Below are positions 57,443 through 64,000 of a DNA stretch of 64,000 bases, piece by piece. The first letter of the stretch is position 1; each line of letters opens with the position of its first letter. Source of the DNA: Candidatus Zhuqueibacterota bacterium (GTDB lineage Bacteria > Zhuqueibacterota > Zhuqueibacteria > Thermofontimicrobiales > Thermofontimicrobiaceae); contig JBMOPW010000001.1 in NCBI GenBank assembly GCA_049322915.1, positions 105,858 to 169,857 on the forward strand, read 5' to 3'. Both the position numbers and the translations under genes were made by a program. The notes under the pieces are model-generated. The model was not told where the DNA came from. It made no database searches and was given only the letters and a program-made list of their open reading frames with translations.

Positions 57443-58618
57443 ATGAGTAATTTAGTGCCGCCTCATGGCGGTGAGCTGAAGCCGTTGTTATTGAAGGGTG
57501 AAAAACGCGCGGTTGAATTGAAGAAGGCGAAAGGGTTACGGCAGGTGCGAATGTCGTCGCGTGAAACGTCCGATTTGATCATGCTGGGTATGGGAGCGTT
57601 TAGTCCCCTGGAAGGCTTTATGCATCGGGATGATTATATAAAAGTCGTCGAGACCATGCACATGGCCAATGGTCTGTTATGGCCGATTCCCATCACGCTG
57701 GCCGTGGATAAATCGAACGCCGATTCGATAGCGTTGGGCGAAGAGATCGCGCTGATCGATGACGATTCCGACGAACTGATGGCAACGATGAAGGTTGAAG
57801 AAAAGTATGGCTACGATAAAAAGCATGAAGCCAAACACGTGTTTCGCACCGACGATGGAGCCCATCCCGGTGTGGCGAAAATTTTTGACCAGCCGGATAT
57901 CTACCTGGCCGGGCCGGTGAAAACGCTCAGCGAGAGCGAGTATCCAGCGAAGTATGGTGCTTACTACGCCACGCCCGAAGAGACTCGTGCAATTTTTGCG
58001 CAAATGGGCTGGAGTACTGTGGCCGCATTTCAGACCAGAAATCCAATTCATCGGTCCCATGAATATGTCACCAAAATCGCGCTGGAAGTCAGTGACGGCG
58101 TTTTCATTCACCCGCTGGTCGGGAAATTGAAGTCGGATGATATTCCGGCAGACGTTCGCATGAAATGCTACGAAGTCCTGCTGGACAACTATTACCCCAA
58201 AGACCGCGTGGTATGCAAAGTCTATCCGATGGAGATGCGCTATGGCGGCCCACGCGAGGCTGTTCTTCACGCCATCTTCCGACAGAATTTTGGGTGCAGC
58301 CATTTGATCATTGGCCGCGACCATGCCGGTGTGGGCAGCTACTACGGCCCGTTCGACGCGCAGAAAATCTTCGAAGAAATCAACGAAGGCGAGCTGGCTC
58401 TGAAACCATTGAATATCGACTGGACATTCTGGTGCTACAAATGCGAAGGTATGGCTTCCATGAAGACCTGTCCCCACGGCAAAGAAGATCGCCTGCTCAT
58501 CAGCGGGACCAAGTTGCGCGACATGCTGAGCAGCGGTCAGCAGCCGGCCAAAGAATTCAGTCGGCCGGAAGTCATTGAAATTCTCATCGATTATTACAAA
58601 ACAGTGAATGGCAAATAG
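57443..58618 (+). CDS. sat: Sulfate adenylyltransferase (ATP sulfurylase)
   Basis: [50 protein letters not shown]. Confidence 0.97.
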   Translation: MSNLVPPHGGELKPLLLKGEKRAVELKKAKGLRQVRMSSRETSDLIMLGMGAFSPLEGFMHRDDYIKVVETMHMANGLLWPIPITLAVDKSNADSIALGEEIALIDDDSDELMATMKVEEKYGYDKKHEAKHVFRTDDGAHPGVAKIFDQPDIYLAGPVKTLSESEYPAKYGAYYATPEETRAIFAQMGWSTVAAFQTRNPIHRSHEYVTKIALEVSDGVFIHPLVGKLKSDDIPADVRMKCYEVLLDNYYPKDRVVCKVYPMEMRYGGPREAVLHAIFRQNFGCSHLIIGRDHAGVGSYYGPFDAQKIFEEINEGELALKPLNIDWTFWCYKCEGMASMKTCPHGKEDRLLISGTKLRDMLSSGQQPAKEFSRPEVIEILIDYYKTVNGK

Positions 58619-58771
58619 CGCACGTTTATTTTAGTTCAATTGAATCTCGAACGCTGGCCGGGACTCTGAGCGGAGCGCAGCCATACTGGCGACCCTTCGA
58701 GGGTCAGGCCGTTTTCCCTGGTCTCGGCAGCGACGAAATATTTTCATTGGAAATTTATAAAGGATAGGGTT

Positions 58772-59380
58772 ATGACAATTCAAAAAGCAACAAACATCAC
58801 GTGGCATGGTTCGACCATTAATAAAGAAGACAGAGAGCGATTGCTCAATCAAAAGGGAGTTGTAATCTGGTATACAGGCTTGTCGGCGTCGGGCAAATCG
58901 ACGATCGCGCGCAAAGTGGAAGAAAAACTGTTCGAGCGCGGCGTGCTCAGCTATGTGCTCGATGGCGATAATATCCGGCATGGGCTCAATAAAAATCTTG
59001 GCTTCTCACCGGAGGACAGGGAAGAGAACATTCGTCGGATCGGCGAAGTCGGTAAATTGTTCGCCGACGCCGGCATCATCGCCATGACGGCGTTCATTTC
59101 GCCCTATCGGCAGGATCGGCAGAACGCCCGGCAACTGCATGCGGATGGCGGTTTCATCGAAGTGTATGTTGATGCGCCGCTGAGTGTGCTGGAACAGCGC
59201 GATCCCAAAGGTCTCTACAAAAAGGCGCGCGCCGGCCAGATTCCGGAATTCACCGGAATCTCCGCGCCCTACGAAGCGCCTGAAAATCCCGAAATTCATC
59301 TCGATACGAGCAAGCTGAACGTCGAGGAATGCGCTGACGCCGTGTTGCATTATCTCGAACAGAAGAATATCATTTCATAA
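58772..59380 (+). CDS. cysC: Adenylyl-sulfate kinase
   Basis: TGLSASGKST, LDGDNIRHGL, ENIRRIGEV, RDPKGLYKKARAG, FTGISAPYE. Confidence 0.97.
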   Translation: MTIQKATNITWHGSTINKEDRERLLNQKGVVIWYTGLSASGKSTIARKVEEKLFERGVLSYVLDGDNIRHGLNKNLGFSPEDREENIRRIGEVGKLFADAGIIAMTAFISPYRQDRQNARQLHADGGFIEVYVDAPLSVLEQRDPKGLYKKARAGQIPEFTGISAPYEAPENPEIHLDTSKLNVEECADAVLHYLEQKNIIS

Positions 59381-59388
59381 ATGTCTTA

Positions 59389-59436
59389 TAAAAAAAAGAC
59401 CATACACGAACAAACTGATGTGTATGGTCTTTTTTT
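59389..59436. terminator. Bidirectional terminator between convergent genes
   Basis: A-run GACCATACAC...GTGTATGGTC T-run. Confidence 0.8.
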
Positions 59437-59465
59437 CTTCAGGGGTTTTATCCTCTCCCTGCCAC

Positions 59466-59843
59466 TCAACGCGCTGCATTCATTCCGCCCTTCCTCAGCC
59501 GGTACATTTTTTTCAGCCCAAGCGCCGATTCCCGGCCGTCGCAAATGCCATCGCCATTTCGGTCGATGAATTTGTCTCTGCTCCGACCCATTTGGTCCGG
59601 CAATTTCCCTACACGATTTCGCCTGATCGTACGTGCTGAACCCTGGCGATTTTGTGTGCTATCGGCAGCGATCCGCAGGCCGTCTTTGTCCTGGCCCTGC
59701 GCTGTTTCCGACGAGTCAATACGAGTGCTGCGGGTCAATGTCTGCGAGTTCGCGGTGTCCTGCTTTTGAGCCACAACATCCGTCGGAGTAAAGTTGGCGA
59801 ATGCCAGAGCGATTATCAGAGCGAGCCCATTGTTGGTCATCAT
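59466..59843 (-). CDS. Small secreted protein with DxNGDGICD (EF-hand-like) motif
   Basis: Signal-peptide-like N-terminus, FIDRNGDGICD; start inferred. Confidence 0.6.
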   Translation of the reverse strand: MMTNNGLALIIALAFANFTPTDVVAQKQDTANSQTLTRSTRIDSSETAQGQDKDGLRIAADSTQNRQGSARTIRRNRVGKLPDQMGRSRDKFIDRNGDGICDGRESALGLKKMYRLRKGGMNAAR

Positions 59844-59875
59844 GCACCTGTCGGTTGGGAGGTTCGCGTCAACGT

Positions 59876-60343
59876 TTAATTGGAACGCCGGCCGCCCCGG
59901 CCCTGACCCGGTCCCATGCGCTGTCCCGCCCAAACGGGCGAACCATCTGCCTTGCGCACTTCCCATTTCTGTTTGCTGTAATCAAATTCCCTGGCAACGA
60001 TGTGCGGTTTGTTCAAATAGGTGATCTGCGAACCGACGACTTTGATCGACGTGTTGGTCTGGAATTTTATTTTCACCTGATCCAGATACCACGTGGGGGA
60101 AACGTACACCAGGTGCTCTTTGCTGCCGCTCTTCACTGTCAGAAGCAGACTGGCAAATCTCCCGTAATCCGTGGTCACGGTGTCAATTTTAGTGATGGTC
60201 CCTTCGATCGTCGTGACCGTCGCTGTGTCGTAGGCCAGGGTGATGGCGCTGCGATTCAAGCCTCTGCCAGACTGGGCATAGGTTTGGGTGACGAGTGCAA
60301 TAAGCGCTAACACAAGTCCGAGAAACAGTTTATTTGTTTTCAT
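59876..60343 (-). CDS. Secreted small beta-barrel (OB-fold-like) protein with Gly/Arg-rich tail
   Basis: Signal peptide, YD..TVTTIEGTI, P.WYL, I.VVGS, R..DG.PVW; GGAGG RBS. Confidence 0.75.
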   Translation of the reverse strand: MKTNKLFLGLVLALIALVTQTYAQSGRGLNRSAITLAYDTATVTTIEGTITKIDTVTTDYGRFASLLLTVKSGSKEHLVYVSPTWYLDQVKIKFQTNTSIKVVGSQITYLNKPHIVAREFDYSKQKWEVRKADGSPVWAGQRMGPGQGRGGRRSN

Positions 60344-60373
60344 AATACATCCTCCAAATGATTTGTTAATGGG

Positions 60374-61210
60374 TTAATTTGCAGATTGAATGATTGATAC
60401 AATATCCACCGGAAGCATGTTCGCTCCGTTGGCGATATCCCGAATCGTGTCATCGGGCTTGGCGTCGATGCCGTTTTGTTTCAATCGAGCCAGACCAGCG
60501 TCCACAGTAACATTGTACTGTTCGCAAATTTCCTGTACGGATTTGCGGCCATATCCTCCTCGGAAGCTGTTGCCTGATTGAGTTTTTTCAGTTTTGGTAT
60601 TCATCTTTTCAAACACCTGGCGCGGCGTCACATTGTATTTTTTGGCCAGGTCTTCGACCAACATGCCGGCGCTATCCGGTTCCATGCCCGCCCGCTTCAA
60701 ATTGCCCATGAAATCTGTCACTGGAATTTGCAGCGTGGATGATAATTCAGTCAACGTCATCGCCTCGGCATGAGGAATTGGCGGTTCGGTTTTTTCATTG
60801 GACCACGAATTGGACAAATCTTCGCTCCAGTCCATGATTGTGCTGAATGGCGGCACATTGGCAATAGTGAGAATTGTCAGGGCTATGGTCAAAACCGTTG
60901 ACCAGGCCAGTTCTTTGCGACGATTGATGCCGGACTTGATTTTCGTTTTGAGATATCCGATGAGCACCGACCAGTTGTAATAAAGGTGAAAGACGACGAT
61001 GATGATGAACGCCAATGAAAAGATGGTGTGCAAGGCCTGCCACTGCTCTTTTGTGAGCGCCCAGAATTTCCAATGAGACCAGTGGGAAATCCGGCCCGGC
61101 GGCGCAAAGTAAAGAATGACGCCCGAAATTGTCATCAGCAAAAATGAAAATATTGAAAACAGGCTGGTGAATGACTGTCCGTGAAATTTTTTCGATCGTG
61201 GTTTTGTCAT
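60374..61210 (-). CDS. DUF4405 domain membrane protein (cytochrome b-like His ligands)
   Basis: SGVILYFAP.GR, W..LH, FHLYYNW, PPF, PIPHAE; GGAGG RBS before ATG 61210. Confidence 0.82.
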   Translation of the reverse strand: MTKPRSKKFHGQSFTSLFSIFSFLLMTISGVILYFAPPGRISHWSHWKFWALTKEQWQALHTIFSLAFIIIVVFHLYYNWSVLIGYLKTKIKSGINRRKELAWSTVLTIALTILTIANVPPFSTIMDWSEDLSNSWSNEKTEPPIPHAEAMTLTELSSTLQIPVTDFMGNLKRAGMEPDSAGMLVEDLAKKYNVTPRQVFEKMNTKTEKTQSGNSFRGGYGRKSVQEICEQYNVTVDAGLARLKQNGIDAKPDDTIRDIANGANMLPVDIVSIIQSAN

Positions 61211-61259
61211 TAAATAATCCTCCGAATGAGATGTCATGTATTCTGGTTGATGGCAATCA

Positions 61260-61276
61260 TTCAATTCCTGTGCCAG
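61260..61276 (-). promoter_or_regulatory. Putative sigma54 promoter for the DUF4405 operon
   Basis: Minus strand CTGGCACAGGAATTGAA (perfect -24, TTGA at -12); palindrome GGGC-N8-GCCC ~100 nt upstream. Confidence 0.55.
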
Positions 61277-61541
61277 TTTTTATGCCATGATTTAACCCAT
61301 TGATTTGCAAACGATAAGACGCTGCGAGGCTTCGAGAAAGAAAGAGGATAATTCGACCCGGCGGGCGAACTTTAGCCCGACCGGGCGAGCAGGCCGGGAA
61401 TGGTGTTTTGGCGGTGGTGCGCAATACCGGGAATTGCTGCGGTTGCCGGGGCGCGTCGCCCTGGCCCGAAACTGAAATGTGACTGGTGGAGAGGCTTAAA
61501 TTCCAAACGCTGAAACGCAGGGAGTATGGCGGATGATGGCG

Positions 61542-62912
61542 TTATTTTTTCTTGACGCCGAGTTTTTCCAGGCGGGATCGCAGATGGCGTTCCGTGATGC
61601 CCAGCGCCCGGGCTGCTGCGCTTTGATTGCCGTGGTGACGCGCTAATGCTTCGGTGATGAGCTCGGTTTCGAACGCCTGCATTTTTTGATCGTAACTGTC
61701 GGAGATGTCATGCGGGTCCAGCACCGCCCGTTCGGAGACGACCTGAAGTTTTGCCGGCAGGTCGCGCCGGGCGATGGATTCCTGCCGACATAAAACCACA
61801 GCGCTCTCGATGATATTTTCCAGTTCGCGAACGTTGCCGGGATAATCGTATTTCATCAGATAATCCAGCGCCTCGCGGGTAATTCCTGTCACCGGCCGCC
61901 CATTTTCTTTAGCATATTTTTGAATGAAATGCCCGACCAGCACCGGGATGTCGGACTTGCGATTTCGCAGCGGCGGAATCCAGATGGAAATCACATTGAG
62001 CCGATAGAACAGATCCTCCCTGAATGCACCGGATTTGATTCTCTCCTCGAGATTGCGATGGGTGGCGGCCACAATGCGGACATTCACGTCTATCGTTTCG
62101 TTGCCGCCTAATCGCTCGATCTGCCCGAATTGAACCGCGCGAAGTAATTTCACCTGAACTGGCATGGGAATATCGCCCATTTCGTCGATGAACAGGGTCC
62201 CGCTATCGGCCATTTCGAATCGGCCAATGCGCTGCTGAATTGCGCCGGTGAATGCCCCTTTTTCGTGCCCGAACAACTCGCTCTCCAATAAATTTTCGGA
62301 CAACGCAGCCACGTTCACCACGACGAACGGCTTGTCCTTTCGCGGACTGGCAACGTGAATGGCATGGGCGATGAGCTCCTTCCCTGTGCCGCTCTCGCCG
62401 CGGATGAGCACGGTCGCCTTGCTCGGCGCCACGCGCGCGGCCTTGTTCAGCACCGATTCCATTTCACCGCTCTGCGAAATGATGGCCTCGAATTTGAATT
62501 TTTCCTGGATTTGCTGCCGGAGCTGACGGTTCTCGGCCGCCAATTGCCGGCGCTCCTGTACGCGTTGGATCAGGTGCTCCAGTTCATCCAGATCGATGGG
62601 CTTGGTCAAATAGTCGTAGGCGCCGGCTTTCATAATGGCCACAGCATCTTCCACGCTGCCGAAGGCGGTCATCACAACCACATCGATATCCGGGTTGAGC
62701 GATTTTATCTCAGCCAGCACTCGGCGGCCATCCCATTCCGGCATGCGAAAATCGGTGAGTACCAGGTCAATCGTATGGCGTCTGACAATCTCCAGTCCCT
62801 CCGCGCCGGACGATGCCGTGAATATTTCGTAGCCGCGTCGGGTCAGAAAACTTTTCAGCGAGACCAGTTGCGCCGGTTCATCATCGATAAGTATGAGTGA
62901 TAAGTGAGTCAT
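61542..62912 (-). CDS. NtrC/ZraR-family sigma54-dependent response regulator
   Basis: IDDE/TDFRMP/KP, GESGTGKE, GAFTGA, FREDLFYRL, YPGNVREL, HTH. Confidence 0.95.
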   Translation of the reverse strand: MTHLSLILIDDEPAQLVSLKSFLTRRGYEIFTASSGAEGLEIVRRHTIDLVLTDFRMPEWDGRRVLAEIKSLNPDIDVVVMTAFGSVEDAVAIMKAGAYDYLTKPIDLDELEHLIQRVQERRQLAAENRQLRQQIQEKFKFEAIISQSGEMESVLNKAARVAPSKATVLIRGESGTGKELIAHAIHVASPRKDKPFVVVNVAALSENLLESELFGHEKGAFTGAIQQRIGRFEMADSGTLFIDEMGDIPMPVQVKLLRAVQFGQIERLGGNETIDVNVRIVAATHRNLEERIKSGAFREDLFYRLNVISIWIPPLRNRKSDIPVLVGHFIQKYAKENGRPVTGITREALDYLMKYDYPGNVRELENIIESAVVLCRQESIARRDLPAKLQVVSERAVLDPHDISDSYDQKMQAFETELITEALARHHGNQSAAARALGITERHLRSRLEKLGVKKK

Positions 62913-62970
62913 GGTATATTGGTAGCGGTCCTTCCATCGAACGACAGGTCCTGTCCGCTGCATGGTCGCA

Positions 62971-63765
62971 TCAGGCGATTTCCCTGAATCGGGCGGTGAT
63001 CAGGGCGATTTCAGCGAACTTGTTCTTCACTTTTTCCAATCCCTCGCCTTTGCGATAAATGTCTTTATCCAGTCGGCCGGCGGGATTGAGCTGGTCCAGG
63101 ACATTGGCTTTGTCGAGTTTGGGCGCATCCACGGCGTAAGGCCAAAGCCGGAACGATCCGCCGGAAATCTCGTCGATGAGGCAGACTTCCCCGCGGATGA
63201 GTCCATACTCCAGTTTGAAATCGATCAACTGAATTTTGAATTGAGCGAATGCATGTTCCAGATGCATGAAAACCGTCTGATTGATCTCCTGCATCCGGGC
63301 GTACTCGGACGCGCCCTTGGATTTCACCAGATACTCGATGAAACGGTCGTCCAGCATGGGATCATGCAGCCGGTCGTCTTTGTAATGAAATTGGGTAATC
63401 AGCGGATCGAATCGGGCGCCCTCCTCGAACTGGCTCCAGGTGAGAATCGAACCTGTGGCAACGCGCCGGGTGACCACCTCCAGGTTGATTTTGAAATCAA
63501 GTTTTTTAACAATGCACACCCGGGGTTCGGGGCTGTCGACGTAGTGGGTGGGCACGCCCTTACGATTGAGGTACTCGTAGATATCGCGGTTGGTTTGCCA
63601 GTCCAGCGCGGCTTTCCCTTCGATCACATCGTGTTTTACGCCATCGCCGGCAGTGATGTCGTCTTTGAAAACCATGATCACCAGCGAGTCATCCGCCGGA
63701 TGGGCATAAATTATTTTTGTCTTGCCTTCAATTATTTTTTTCATGGATTTAAAATCGAGTGCCAT
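62971..63765 (-). CDS. purC: Phosphoribosylaminoimidazole-succinocarboxamide synthase
   Basis: EGKTKIIY, FKDDITAGDG, LEVVTRR.ATGS, YKDD...DP, DFKLEYG, DEI....RLW, LDKDIYR. Confidence 0.92.
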   Translation of the reverse strand: MALDFKSMKKIIEGKTKIIYAHPADDSLVIMVFKDDITAGDGVKHDVIEGKAALDWQTNRDIYEYLNRKGVPTHYVDSPEPRVCIVKKLDFKINLEVVTRRVATGSILTWSQFEEGARFDPLITQFHYKDDRLHDPMLDDRFIEYLVKSKGASEYARMQEINQTVFMHLEHAFAQFKIQLIDFKLEYGLIRGEVCLIDEISGGSFRLWPYAVDAPKLDKANVLDQLNPAGRLDKDIYRKGEGLEKVKNKFAEIALITARFREIA

Positions 63766-64000
63766 GAGGTTGCTCCTTTGGTTGTCGAATGAAAATGATG
63801 ATGAGCGCCGCGAATGCAGCGCCCGGGAATCTCAACGAAACTTCAACGAAATACGGCTGTTGATTGTTTCCAAAAGTAATTGATCACAGGGGATCAAAAG
63901 TTGTATTTGTTTACTTTGGACAGGATAACAGGATGATAATGATTTACCGGATTATTCTCTATCCGGTAATATCCTCACCTTTCTTTTTACTTCTACCTTA

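Noticed and set aside
57677..58477. 266-aa antisense ORF, and similar ones at 4840-5547, 30874-31620, 42001-42738 and 62962-63792
   Set aside because: All lie opposite confidently assigned genes, as expected from codon bias

Overview
This is a gene-dense bacterial chromosomal window with no rRNA, tRNA, CRISPR array or recognisable mobile element. The YPNPFN-type secretion tail, Bacteroidota-like LptD and MGQQQLLL pilin-like protein suggest an FCB-group lineage such as KSB1 or Calditrichota (inference). From left to right it holds: an AT-rich receiver / polyproline secreted peptide / multi-TM protein module; glnA-HAD-rarA-lptD; a ~17 kb minus-strand cluster (9.1-26.2 kb); TPM-nucleotidyltransferase-LemA; a TPAT/TRAP transporter interrupted by an Fpg/Nei glycosylase; a type IV pilus locus with non-canonical, apparently leaderless pilins and fused alignment proteins; a HAMP-GAF kinase with two receivers; a sigma54-driven repeat surface protein; SLC13-sat-cysC; a sigma54/DUF4405 periplasmic module; and purC. 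The standout is the minus-strand cluster. It encodes an FtsZ whose GTPase core resembles archaeal FtsZ1 and which ends in a CheA-P1/Hpt-like bundle instead of the usual FtsZ C-terminal peptide. Two uncharacterised proteins, each with two more Hpt-like bundles, flank it, and only one of the five bundles keeps the phospho-acceptor His. Upstream lie a lytic transglycosylase, a ParA ATPase, a PatA/DUF4388-like receiver under a strong sigma54 promoter, a sigma54 activator, two kinases and a diguanylate cyclase. This looks like a candidate phosphorelay-coupled tubulin-family cytoskeletal system. All assignments come from motif recognition by eye; no database searches were run.
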